This document shows positions 8,776 through 17,687 of a stretch of 64,000 bases of DNA, piece by piece. The notes below the pieces were generated by a model. The model had not been told where the DNA came from and did no database searches. It saw only the letters and a program-made list of their open reading frames with translations. Position 1 is the stretch's first letter. Every line of letters starts with the position of its first letter. The translations under genes were made by a program, and so were the position numbers. Location of the stretch: the sequence record KU686213.1; one strand, given 5' to 3'.

Positions 8776-9195
8776 ATGTTATTACCACTGTTTAAAGAAA
8801 GGTTCCAGGGCTTCTGGAACAACCAACGCCAAGCATACAATGACCCTCGGGGGCAGGCATTAGTTCATGTTATCCATGAGTTTGATGTTGATAGGTATCT
8901 ATGTTCTTATAGGTATCGTCGTCAAAAAAATCCATACAGATATTTTGAAGCAACATTACACGATAACGATGGTCAGGTTATTTTAAAAAACCCCGTCCAC
9001 GATATTATGTTTTATGTTCAGAATGGATGTTTTGTAACCAAGTCTAATTTCATTAGCCGTGGTGTGCGTTATATCAATGAAGCCTATCTAGGTGAAAACT
9101 ATTACCACGTCAAAGACCAAGGTTTTGATTTAAAAACTGGGAAGCAAATTTGGGGTCTTGAAGGTGATAACTTCTATGAGTTTGATAGGACTTAA
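8776..9195 (+). CDS. cpeT: CpcT/CpeT-family phycobilin lyase (phage type)
   Basis: FQGFWNNQRQA..DP, QKNPYRY and DQGFD....QIWG...YEFDR match T-type lyase motifs. Confidence 0.75.
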   Translation: MLLPLFKERFQGFWNNQRQAYNDPRGQALVHVIHEFDVDRYLCSYRYRRQKNPYRYFEATLHDNDGQVILKNPVHDIMFYVQNGCFVTKSNFISRGVRYINEAYLGENYYHVKDQGFDLKTGKQIWGLEGDNFYEFDRT

Positions 9196-9270
9196 TCCTC
9201 TCTTCTAAATATTTGATGCAGTCGTCTAAGTTGTTAATTCTTTTGTAATCCATAAGTAGACGCTTATAGT

Positions 9271-9314
9271 ACTGTCACACATCGCATATGATATGCGAGT
9301 TCATATGCTATTAT
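9271..9314 (+). promoter_or_regulatory. Promoter with upstream ACTGTCACAC box and an internal dyad
   Basis: actgtcacac at 9271, perfect inverted repeat tcgcatat-g-atatgcga (9282-9298), extended -10 TGcTATTAT (9306-9314). Confidence 0.5.
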
Positions 9315-9390
9315 TTATATGTTCTTTAATTGAACCGTGGTGTGTTGAGGGGGTTGTTCCCCCATCAAATGTCGAATTCTATTACTTAAC

Positions 9391-10014
9391 TTGAAATTAT
9401 TTACTCAATTTGCAGCAGTTGCAACTTCACTAACTCTGTCTAGCCTAGCTACATCAACTGTCCCTCAGCTACCCGCTATGGCAGTTGAGACCGAAGAAAA
9501 GGCTACTGTTGTTGAAGCTGAACCTGTTGTAGAAACTGAAACCCGGTGGGTTCTCCCTACAGCTAATCATGCAGAGACTAAAGTTCTCAATGCATTACAA
9601 GATCGTGGTATTGAAGACCGAAATGCTCTTGCTACTGTTATGGGAAACATCAAGCAAGAGTCAAAGTTTAACTCTAACATCTGTGAAGGTGGTGCTCGGG
9701 TGTCTTATCATGGTTGCCGTAGTGGTGGTTATGGTCTAATTCAATGGACCAGCATTGGACGCTATCGTGGTTTAGGTAGTCATGCTTATCGTATTGGGAT
9801 GGATCCGTCCACGGTAGATGCTCAAATTTCGTTTCTCTTTACCGAAAGGCAATGGAGAGGAATCGAGCCATCACTCAAAACCAATGGTCAAAGCATTGGT
9901 TTCTATATGGGAAAAACATATTACTGGCTTGGCTGGGGTATACATGGTAATCGTACTACTTACGCTTATCAATATGCTTCAAGACTTACTAGCATTGAGG
10001 TTCCCGTCACATAA
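9391..10014 (+). CDS. Exported phage-tail-lysozyme-like cell-wall hydrolase
   Basis: Signal-peptide-like N-terminus. LQDRGI..RNALATVMGNIKQES and GGYGLIQWT are lysozyme-like superfamily motifs. TTG start. Confidence 0.7.
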   Translation: MKLFTQFAAVATSLTLSSLATSTVPQLPAMAVETEEKATVVEAEPVVETETRWVLPTANHAETKVLNALQDRGIEDRNALATVMGNIKQESKFNSNICEGGARVSYHGCRSGGYGLIQWTSIGRYRGLGSHAYRIGMDPSTVDAQISFLFTERQWRGIEPSLKTNGQSIGFYMGKTYYWLGWGIHGNRTTYAYQYASRLTSIEVPVT

Positions 10015-10036
10015 ATAATGCAGCTTATGCTTTTCT

Positions 10037-10423
10037 ATGGGACCTAAGTATGATGTCGAATTCTATTTTGGAGTTCGACCTGTAAGAACAATTCATTTAT
10101 ACATAACTGCCATCTTTTTGAGCTTGGCAGTTAGTTTAATATCTCATTACACAAAAGCAGATAAAAAAAATCTATGGCTTATTATTGATGAAATAGGAAA
10201 AAAGTATAACATTAGAGTTATTAACAAACTAATCCTTTCTGTTCCTGAACTTTTATCAGGACGTATTGACAATGAGATTGATAATGCCATTGATGAATAC
10301 AATAGTGTGCTAGAATTAGAAGAACCTCATAACACACCAATCTTTACAGAAGAAAGTGAAGGTGAAACTTCTCTTGGTGGTGAAATGAGACTTCGTTCTC
10401 CCTGGAATACAACTGACGATTAA
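10037..10423 (+). CDS. Hypothetical membrane-anchored protein
   Basis: 128 aa with one hydrophobic segment and an acidic C-terminal half. Confidence 0.55.
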   Translation: MGPKYDVEFYFGVRPVRTIHLYITAIFLSLAVSLISHYTKADKKNLWLIIDEIGKKYNIRVINKLILSVPELLSGRIDNEIDNAIDEYNSVLELEEPHNTPIFTEESEGETSLGGEMRLRSPWNTTDD

Positions 10424-10428
10424 TTATT

Positions 10429-10590
10429 ATGTCACGCTACGATCAAATTTTAAAAAATCTAAAAGAAGCAATCTCCAATCCCCATCTATACAATGAGGAA
10501 GAGATTCGTTTTATGAAGACACAGCTTCGCGAACTAACAGAATCAAAGCAACAATTTCTAAGAGAAGATAAGAATGGATTTGGCTCTTAA
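10429..10590 (+). CDS. Small hypothetical protein (53 aa), not in the ORF track
   Basis: Hand translation MSRYDQILKNLKEAISNPHLYNEEEIRFMKTQLRELTESKQQFLREDKNGFGS. Confidence 0.65.
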   Translation: MSRYDQILKNLKEAISNPHLYNEEEIRFMKTQLRELTESKQQFLREDKNGFGS

Positions 10591-11011
10591 AATTGTAGGT
10601 GAAACTTGCCTTACTGAACCATCAATAGTAATTGATGAAATTACTGACGATATTATCAATCTCTCCAACAAAATGAAAGAGAAGATGGTTCAGTGGGATG
10701 GTATAGGATTAGCTGCACCTCAAGTTGGACACAACATCCGCCTTATTGTTATTCGTTTCAGCAGCGGTAAAATACAGGAAATGATTAATCCTAGGATTAG
10801 TTGGACTTCTGAAGTGCGAAAGAAAAGCCAAGAGGGATGCCTAAGCATTCCAGGAGAAACTATTTGGGTTGAAAGACCATCTAAGGTCCGTGTGAAATTT
10901 CAGACTGCCGAAGGTGAGTTTAGATACTGGTGTCTCCATAAGATGGATGCCCGAGTATTCTTACACGAGTATGATCACCTTGAAGGTATTTTAATGACTG
11001 ACCGACTATGA
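10574..11011 (+). CDS. def: Peptide deformylase
   Basis: All three PDF motifs are present: GIGLAAPQVG, EGCLS and HEYDHLEG. Confidence 0.95.
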   Translation: MDLALKIVGETCLTEPSIVIDEITDDIINLSNKMKEKMVQWDGIGLAAPQVGHNIRLIVIRFSSGKIQEMINPRISWTSEVRKKSQEGCLSIPGETIWVERPSKVRVKFQTAEGEFRYWCLHKMDARVFLHEYDHLEGILMTDRL

Positions 11012-11151
11012 GTTACTGGGAATTAGAAACAGAAGAATGGGAAACTGTCCCTGATAATTATGATGGTGCCGAGAGTATCACAGTTCGTGGTAGGCTTGAG
11101 CACCTAGAAAGATCATATTGTATTGAGTTTCGTTACGAAGAGTATGAGTAG
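11008..11151 (+). CDS. Small acidic hypothetical protein (47 aa), not in the ORF track
   Basis: ATGA overlap with the def stop; MSYWELETEEWETVPDNYDGAESITVRGRLEHLERSYCIEFRYEEYE. Confidence 0.55.
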   Translation: MSYWELETEEWETVPDNYDGAESITVRGRLEHLERSYCIEFRYEEYE

Positions 11152-11206
11152 ATACAACATTATCTATACTATACTATATAATACATACACCATTATTATT
11201 AATTAA

Positions 11207-11530
11207 ATGGAAGAACGTGAATTTAGCGACCTGAAGATGGAACGTAAGGAGTGCGGCAAGTGCGGCGCTACTTGGATCAACGGTCAGCATATGTGGCATA
11301 CCGGAAACAAAGGAAGTGAAGCAGACCTTGCCGGTCTTGTCTGTAATAAACTAGGTGACTCCCAGTGTATCAACCCACTACGTGGCGATGAGAGTGGTGA
11401 TACTTGGGAAGTCCGCGAAGGAGATCTTAGAGTTGGTTTCGATGCGAAGCGCGACCGTATGGAAGACCAGAGAGCACGTTTCAAGGAAGAGTATGGTGAA
11501 GACCCACACTTTGACGATCCACTTAAGTAA
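11207..11530 (+). CDS. Conserved cyanophage hypothetical protein, Cys-containing (possible Zn binding)
   Basis: RKECGKCGATWINGQH...LAGLVCN....CINP. Confidence 0.7.
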   Translation: MEEREFSDLKMERKECGKCGATWINGQHMWHTGNKGSEADLAGLVCNKLGDSQCINPLRGDESGDTWEVREGDLRVGFDAKRDRMEDQRARFKEEYGEDPHFDDPLK

Positions 11531-11575
11531 GTCTTAATTATGTGAAGCGATTAGCAAACGGTAACCGCTTCATAA

Positions 11576-11620
11576 ACTGGCACACCACTCTTTGCATGGG
11601 GTGGTTTTTTATTGTATGAT
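11576..11620 (+). promoter_or_regulatory. Terminator/promoter cassette with ACTGGCACAC box
   Basis: actggcacac; hairpin accactc..ggggtggt plus T6; TTGCAT-N17-TATGAT. Confidence 0.6.
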
Positions 11621-11641
11621 GACTACAGTTCAAACAAACTA

Positions 11642-11863
11642 ATGACTAATTTTATCTTGGATAAAGTTGCACCACCTGTCTTTTTTTTGGTGGTTGGTTT
11701 TGCCGCTATTTCTTCTTTATTGCACTGGATTATGGATCCTATTCAAGCTACTGATGAGTTACAAACCATTCTCAAGAATGAATGTGGTATGGAATACTCT
11801 ACACAAGAGGTTAGGAGAAACGGTAAAAATCTTTCACGCATTTGTGGACTGAAAAAGAACTGA
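11642..11863 (+). CDS. Hypothetical membrane protein
   Basis: Hydrophobic PPVFFLVVGFAAISSLLHW. The start is moved to ATG 11642 because the track's start overlaps the -10 box. Confidence 0.55.
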   Translation: MTNFILDKVAPPVFFLVVGFAAISSLLHWIMDPIQATDELQTILKNECGMEYSTQEVRRNGKNLSRICGLKKN

Positions 11864-11867
11864 CCCC

Positions 11868-11896
11868 TTCACAAACCCCCATTAACCTGCTATAAT
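11868..11896 (+). promoter_or_regulatory. Sigma70-type promoter
   Basis: TTCACA-N17-TATAAT with extended -10. Confidence 0.65.
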
Positions 11897-11918
11897 AACT
11901 AGGTAATCAATCAAGGAT

Positions 11919-12134
11919 ATGAGCCAACTCAGAACCAAGTTTCGTAAGTCTATCGGAATCTTCCAAGATGCCGTTAACCGAACCATCGAGTTAGACTACT
12001 CTCAACCCAAGCTATATAAGAAGGTAAAGCGATTTTATGAAGAAGAAGGAGTTCGCTTCACAGGCGACTCCGTTGAAGACTACCAAATCATTTTAGATTG
12101 CATTCAAGAAGACCTTACCGTAGGTGCTGTTTAA
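11919..12134 (+). CDS. Conserved cyanophage hypothetical protein
   Basis: 71 aa, AAGGA SD, ELDYSQPKLYKKVKRFYEEEGVRFTGD pattern. Confidence 0.7.
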   Translation: MSQLRTKFRKSIGIFQDAVNRTIELDYSQPKLYKKVKRFYEEEGVRFTGDSVEDYQIILDCIQEDLTVGAV

Positions 12135-12373
12135 TGAAAACATTACTAGAACGCGAAGGTTACAGGTTTGTCGAAGCTGGTATTATCGAACTAAATGGTA
12201 AGCCAGATTATCGTCTCCAAAAACAAGACTTCTATACGAAGCGTTGGAATGACGAGTATCTATTCGATAATCAAATGCAATGTAGTATTGCTATGGAAGA
12301 CATTGAATATGCTAAATGGCTCTGTGGTGATCCAGCATACGTGAGAGATGTGATAGTTAGTCCATATAACTAG
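12134..12373 (+). CDS. Conserved cyanophage hypothetical protein
   Basis: TAATG stop-start coupling; MKTLLEREGYRFVEAGIIELNGKPDYRLQK. Confidence 0.7.
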   Translation: MKTLLEREGYRFVEAGIIELNGKPDYRLQKQDFYTKRWNDEYLFDNQMQCSIAMEDIEYAKWLCGDPAYVRDVIVSPYN

Positions 12374-12425
12374 TCTCGGTAAGACTTTAAAAGAGACCTA
12401 ACCGAGTCCTCTTACTTTTACTCCA

Positions 12426-12650
12426 ATGAAAGCCACATCTTTTTTACGCTACATAGGAAATACACTACTCGTAATAGGACATTTCACACTACTCTGGGGA
12501 AGCACAGAGCCTGCATTAATTATCAAAATCATTGGCGGTGCTCTTATTCTTCCCTTTGCCGTAGGTTTAGCCTTATGGGATGTAGTTGCCTTAGAGTTAG
12601 TCTTTGGTTCTATGGACGTTACTAAATTGTATCAAGTCCTAGTTTCTTAG
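12426..12650 (+). CDS. Small multi-pass membrane protein
   Basis: 74 aa, mostly hydrophobic. Confidence 0.6.
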   Translation: MKATSFLRYIGNTLLVIGHFTLLWGSTEPALIIKIIGGALILPFAVGLALWDVVALELVFGSMDVTKLYQVLVS

Positions 12651-12835
12651 TTCTACAAAAACTAAGTGGTGGAGCCAACTTATAGTTGACCCTTATGCCC
12701 TTGTCGGATGGGCTTTATAAATGCCGACTGGCGCGTCGTAGCAAAGGTTTCTCACTCTTCCTTAAAGAGTGAGTGGTGCGGATGATTTCATCGCATGGTT
12801 TTGCGATTCCATTTAAAGATCGTATGGCGAGCATG
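12640..12835 (+). ncRNA. Structured RNA array of four hairpin-UGGYG units (wcaG/manA-motif-like)
   Basis: Stems cttagtt/aactaag, gtcgg/ccgac, ctcactct/agagtgag and tgcgat/atcgta are each followed immediately by TGGTG or TGGCG (12667, 12729, 12774, 12825). Confidence 0.7.
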
Positions 12836-12862
12836 TTAATATACCCAATCATTTTTTGATGC

Positions 12863-12885
12863 CCCCTTCGGAAAGGGGTTTTTTT
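12863..12885 (+). terminator. Intrinsic terminator closing the RNA array
   Basis: cccctt-cgga-aagggg plus T7; followed by extended -10 TGCTATAAT at 12887-12895. Confidence 0.8.
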
Positions 12886-12916
12886 ATGCTATAATATATA
12901 ATGTATTATTTGTGTA

Positions 12917-13792
12917 ATGGTAATGTATCATGAACGTATGAAGTTACGAAAAGATGCTTATTCTAAAAAGTTAGACAATGTAACATCGAGGTGCTATTTT
13001 GCAAATGGATTTGCAACTAGGATTAAAAATATTGTAAGTTGCCACAGAATTGCAAATAACGTTCAAGTTTATTGGGATGCAAATTGTAAACCATTTTACT
13101 ATAAAAAATTAAATGAATACTTCCCTGATCTAGTGGAAACCGATGAGTATGTCTCAAAGACATGGAGACAAGGATGGAGATTAGCCACTTTTCCTGGAGA
13201 AATTGGGGAAGGTTTTTCAAATAAAGACGCAATTTTTGAAGAGTTTGATAGTCCAATTGTTATCCCATCTCATGGAAAGGGTCGTTGTATTGATTATGAA
13301 TATCATAGAATTCCCCAACCAATTATCGATGACTATCTTAAAATATTCTCTGAGTTGAGAATTAAAGATTCTTTTCTTGAGACTGCGGATAAGTTTGCTA
13401 AGGAAAATTTTAATTCTGAAACTGTTTCTGTGCATATTAGAAATTGGGTTGACTTTGCACCTAGAGGAAAAATGCACACACTATCTCCCTTCATTGACTT
13501 GATGGCAGAGCATCCAACATCAAAGTTTTTTGTTTCTACGGATAGTCCCAATAATATCAAAATCCTAAAAGAAACGTTTGGTGATGATCGCATTATTAGC
13601 TATTGTGGAACAGATCCATCATTTGATGTCTTTATTGATTTACTTCTCTTATCGAAGAATCGTAATTTAATTGGTTCTGTAATGAGCACTTTTAGTGAAG
13701 TTGCTTGGTGGTTAGGTGGAGCTACGGCAAAGGTCAAAATTGCTTATGGTCCCAAGACAATGAAGTATATGTACCCAAAACATCACATTTAA
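12917..13792 (+). CDS. Fucosyltransferase-like GT-B glycosyltransferase
   Basis: SVHIRNW, FFVSTDS and DLLLLSK...IGSVMSTFSEVAWWL resemble GDP-fucose-dependent transferase motifs. Confidence 0.65.
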   Translation: MVMYHERMKLRKDAYSKKLDNVTSRCYFANGFATRIKNIVSCHRIANNVQVYWDANCKPFYYKKLNEYFPDLVETDEYVSKTWRQGWRLATFPGEIGEGFSNKDAIFEEFDSPIVIPSHGKGRCIDYEYHRIPQPIIDDYLKIFSELRIKDSFLETADKFAKENFNSETVSVHIRNWVDFAPRGKMHTLSPFIDLMAEHPTSKFFVSTDSPNNIKILKETFGDDRIISYCGTDPSFDVFIDLLLLSKNRNLIGSVMSTFSEVAWWLGGATAKVKIAYGPKTMKYMYPKHHI

Positions 13793-13832
13793 ACCATTTG
13801 TGCTATAATGTATTTGTAGCAATCCATTTGTA

Positions 13833-14834
13833 ATGAAAGTAGCACTTATTACTGGGATCACAGGGCAAGATGGATCTTACCTAGCTGAACTTCTCCTTCA
13901 GAAAGGATATACAGTTCACGGTATTATCCGTCGTGCTTCTATGATTAACACCCACAGAATTGACCATATCTTTGACCGCATCACTCTCCATTATGGAGAC
14001 CTTACCGATGCTTTGAGTATCGTATCTATTATTAAAACAGTTCAACCAGATGAAATCTATAACCTAGGGGCTCAGAGTCACGTTAAGGTTTCATTTGATC
14101 AACCCGAATACACCGCACAGACCGACGCATTAGGCACTCTAAGGGTGCTGGAAGCCGTCCGTCTTCTTGGTATGGAATCATACGTAAGAATCTACCAAGC
14201 GAGCACCAGTGAGCTTTATGGGCTAGTTCAGGAGACACCCCAGAAAGAAACCACTCCAATGTATCCACGATCCCCTTATGGAGTTGCTAAACTATATGGG
14301 TTCTGGATCATCAAAAACTACAGGGAAAGCTATGACATACATGCCTCTAGCGGTATTCTATTCAATCACGAAAGCTCACGCAGAGGAGAGACGTTCGTCA
14401 CACGCAAGATCGTCCGAGCCTTGTCCCGAATTAGTGTGGGACTCCAAAGTGATCTACAGCTTGGAAACCTCAATGCCCGACGTGACTGGGGACACGCCAA
14501 AGACTACGTAGAGGCTATGTGGTTGATGCTTCAGCAAGAGAAGCCAGATGATTATGTGATCGCAACTGGTGAGCAGTATTCTGTAAAGGACTTTGTTAAT
14601 GCTGCAGCACCATACTTTGGGTTCAATATTGAATGGAGAGGTGAAGGTCTTGATGAGTTTGGATTCTGTCTCAATACTGGTAGAACAGTTGTAAAAGTCA
14701 ATCCTAAATATTTCAGACCCGCAGAAGTAGAAACTCTTCTCGGTGATCCCACTAAAGCAAAGGAAGTTCTTGGATGGACTCCTACTTATACATTTAATGA
14801 ACTAGTTGAAGAGATGGTACTTAATGGACAATAA
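13833..14834 (+). CDS. gmd: GDP-mannose 4,6-dehydratase
   Basis: [74 protein letters not shown] promoter at 13801-13809. Confidence 0.96.
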   Translation: MKVALITGITGQDGSYLAELLLQKGYTVHGIIRRASMINTHRIDHIFDRITLHYGDLTDALSIVSIIKTVQPDEIYNLGAQSHVKVSFDQPEYTAQTDALGTLRVLEAVRLLGMESYVRIYQASTSELYGLVQETPQKETTPMYPRSPYGVAKLYGFWIIKNYRESYDIHASSGILFNHESSRRGETFVTRKIVRALSRISVGLQSDLQLGNLNARRDWGHAKDYVEAMWLMLQQEKPDDYVIATGEQYSVKDFVNAAAPYFGFNIEWRGEGLDEFGFCLNTGRTVVKVNPKYFRPAEVETLLGDPTKAKEVLGWTPTYTFNELVEEMVLNGQ

Positions 14835-15747
14835 TTCCACAGTTGCAATTTTTGGGTCTGGTGGTCTAGCTGGAGGAGCAATCACCAGACAGTTTATAAA
14901 CAAAAGACATAAACTACTCTTACCTCGCAGTAAAGATTTAGATTTACGAGAACAAGCTGATGTTCGTGCTTGGTTCAAAGCCAATAAAGTTGATTATGTA
15001 ATCCTAGCTGCTGCCCTAGTCGGCGGCATTATGGCTAACAAGACTCGCAAAGCGGAGTTCTTACACGACAATCTAATGATGCAGTGTAATGTAATTGACT
15101 CTGCTTACTATTCAGGTGTTAAGAAGCTCCTATTCCTAGGAACATCTTGCATCTATCCAGCCGGACGCCAACACCCACTAAAAGAAAATGAACTCCTTAC
15201 GGGGGCTCTTGAGCCTACTAACGACGCTTACGCCATCGCAAAGATCGCAGGAATCAAACAATGTGACTTCTACAGGGAGCAATATGGATTTGATGCTATC
15301 TCTATTATGCCTCCTAATCTATATGGTCCTGGAGACAATTTCCACGAGGGATCAGGTCACGTCCTCGCATCGTTGATGAACCGCTTCCACAACGCCAAGG
15401 TGGCTGGTGAAGCCACTGTAGCTTGCTGGGGTGACGGAACACCTATGAGAGAGTTTCTCTTCTCTGAAGACCTAGCAGAAGCCTGTGCGTTCTTTATGGA
15501 TAACTACAGTGACTACGGTCACGTCAATGTTGGAACTGGTGAAGACATCACCATCAAACACCTAGCAGAGAGTATTGCAAAGGTTGTTGGTTTTGAAGGA
15601 GAGATCCTATGGGACACTTCAAAACCAAATGGAAATCCTCGCAAATTACTTGACAGCACTGTGGCTAATGAGTTAGGATGGAAGCCCAAGACCAGTTTTG
15701 AAGATGGTCTACAGAAAACTTACAACTGGTATTTAAACAATGTATGA
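14824..15747 (+). CDS. fcl: GDP-4-keto-6-deoxy-sugar epimerase/reductase (Fcl/WcaG; possibly ColC)
   Basis: [65 protein letters not shown]. Confidence 0.9.
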   Translation: MDNNSTVAIFGSGGLAGGAITRQFINKRHKLLLPRSKDLDLREQADVRAWFKANKVDYVILAAALVGGIMANKTRKAEFLHDNLMMQCNVIDSAYYSGVKKLLFLGTSCIYPAGRQHPLKENELLTGALEPTNDAYAIAKIAGIKQCDFYREQYGFDAISIMPPNLYGPGDNFHEGSGHVLASLMNRFHNAKVAGEATVACWGDGTPMREFLFSEDLAEACAFFMDNYSDYGHVNVGTGEDITIKHLAESIAKVVGFEGEILWDTSKPNGNPRKLLDSTVANELGWKPKTSFEDGLQKTYNWYLNNV

Positions 15748-16891
15748 TTGGAAATTAATGGATGATACGGTCACACTTCGTGATCGTATGAAGATGGCTA
15801 AGTTTGTTCTAACTACTAGCCGACTAACACAAGGACCACAAGTTCGTAAATTTGAGGAGCATTGGAGTGACTGGCTTGGAGTTAAACATTCTCTTTTTGT
15901 TAGTAGTGGTAGTACTGCCAACAGTCTTTTGGTATCTGCTTGGAAAGATCTAAATGATATTCCAGATGGTGCAAAGGTTATTGTTCCTGCCTGCACTTGG
16001 GTGACTAACATTGCACCAATCATTCAAAACAATCTAACCCCAGTATTTTGTGATATCAATCTAAAAGACTTTAGCTTTGATATTAGTTCTCTACAGACTA
16101 TTGCTTGTGATCATAAAGATATTCGGGCAATCTTCGTCACACACCTACTAGGTTTCCCTGCACGGGTAGAGGAGTTTCATAAGATCTTCCCTAACGCAGA
16201 CATCCTAGAAGACGTTTGTGAGAGCCACGGTGCCGTTATTGAAGGTGGGACTATGGCTGGTACATATGATGTAGGAGGGACATTCAGCTTCTACTTTGGT
16301 CATCATATGACTACTGTTGAGGGTGGTATGGTATCCACTAACAATAGTGATATGTATGACTTGATGCGTATGAAGCGCTCTCACGGTTTATCTCGTGAGT
16401 CGGTTCATTCTAAAGAGTATGCGAAGATGTATCCCGAGATCAATCCACAGTTCCTCTTTATGACTGATGGTTATAACTTCCGTAATAATGAGATTGGTGC
16501 TGTATTGGGTCAGTCTCAACTAAAGCGTTTGGATAATATGATCGTCAAGCGTAATGATAATTATAAGACATACTTCGAGATTGTATCTCTATACTCCCAT
16601 CTATTCCATGTTCCTGCTTACATTCCAAATCGTATTAGTAGCTTCTGCTTCCCTCTAATCTCTAGGGACAAAGCAACTCATCTAAGACTACAGGAGTTGT
16701 TGACTGAGTATCGTGTAGAGTATCGCCCAGTTGTAGGTGGAAACTTACTCAAGCAGCCTTTCTTATCTGCTTATCACGCAGACTGCCCTAACGCAGACAT
16801 CCTCCACGACCGTGGATTGTATGTTGGAAACAGTCACTTTGTTGGTATAAGCCACTTACTAATGCTTGAAGAAATTTTGGAGCAACTTTGA
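15740..16891 (+). CDS. DegT/DnrJ-family PLP enzyme with His in place of the catalytic Lys (ColD-type 3-dehydratase)
   Basis: VSSGSTAN, ILEDVCESHGA, TFSFYFGHHMTTVEGG (His at the Schiff-base Lys position), GYNFR; 383 aa. Confidence 0.8.
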   Translation: MYDWKLMDDTVTLRDRMKMAKFVLTTSRLTQGPQVRKFEEHWSDWLGVKHSLFVSSGSTANSLLVSAWKDLNDIPDGAKVIVPACTWVTNIAPIIQNNLTPVFCDINLKDFSFDISSLQTIACDHKDIRAIFVTHLLGFPARVEEFHKIFPNADILEDVCESHGAVIEGGTMAGTYDVGGTFSFYFGHHMTTVEGGMVSTNNSDMYDLMRMKRSHGLSRESVHSKEYAKMYPEINPQFLFMTDGYNFRNNEIGAVLGQSQLKRLDNMIVKRNDNYKTYFEIVSLYSHLFHVPAYIPNRISSFCFPLISRDKATHLRLQELLTEYRVEYRPVVGGNLLKQPFLSAYHADCPNADILHDRGLYVGNSHFVGISHLLMLEEILEQL

Positions 16892-16892
16892 T

Positions 16893-17687
16893 ATGACTAT
16901 TTCTTTTAATTATTTGGGTAACCTGGGACACTTGGGAAACCAAATGTTTCAGTATGCCGCATTGATGGGTCTTAGCTCCAAGTATAATAGAACCTTTTGT
17001 ATTCCACATCCCGATACATTTTCAACTGCGAGTTATCAAGAAAATAGAAGCAGTATCTATAGCGCCTTTGATATCAAACCTCCACATGTTGGGATGAGTA
17101 AATTCAACCCAGTTTCAGAGGCACACTTTCATTTTGATAACAACTTATTTGAGAACCTTCCACCCCAAGATATTGATCTTCGTGGATACTTTCAATGTGA
17201 AAAGTGGTTTAAGCATATTGAAGATGATGTGAGAAAGGCATTCACATTCAAGCCCGAGTATATGGAAGTAGCTCAGTTGATGCGAGATCAGTTAGATGGT
17301 GAAGTAATTTCTCTTCATATTAGAAGAACTGATTATATTACCAACCCAAATCATTATTGTATGCATATGGGTTACTATTTGAAAGCATTAAAAGTTATGC
17401 CTTCTGAGCCAAAGGTAATCATTTTTAGTGATGATACTGAATGGGCAATGGATCAGAAAGAGTTTCCTGATGATAGGTTCCTTGTATCCGAGACAAATTG
17501 TCCATACACAGATATGGCTCTGATGACTTTATGCGACTACCACATCAATGCAAACAGCTCCTTCTCCTGGTGGGGATCTTGGCTATCTAACAGCAAGAAA
17601 GTAACAGCTCCAAGTGATTGGTTTTCTGGTCCACTAACTAGTAATAACTTATCTGATATTTATTGTGATGGATGGGAAGTAATCTAA
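16893..17687 (+). CDS. GT11 alpha-1,2-fucosyl/colitosyltransferase family
   Basis: GHLGNQMFQYA, GYFQCEKWF, HIRRTDY, NSSFSWWG. Confidence 0.9.
   Translation: MTISFNYLGNLGHLGNQMFQYAALMGLSSKYNRTFCIPHPDTFSTASYQENRSSIYSAFDIKPPHVGMSKFNPVSEAHFHFDNNLFENLPPQDIDLRGYFQCEKWFKHIEDDVRKAFTFKPEYMEVAQLMRDQLDGEVISLHIRRTDYITNPNHYCMHMGYYLKALKVMPSEPKVIIFSDDTEWAMDQKEFPDDRFLVSETNCPYTDMALMTLCDYHINANSSFSWWGSWLSNSKKVTAPSDWFSGPLTSNNLSDIYCDGWEVI

Noticed and set aside
11543-11572. Inverted repeat tgaagcg-N16-cgcttca as an operator
   Set aside because: It is only 7 bp, occurs once, and has no matching second site in the window.
12640-12835. Hairpin array as a CRISPR array or tRNA cluster
   Set aside because: The stems differ in sequence, only a 5-nt motif repeats, and there is no cloverleaf or T-loop consensus.
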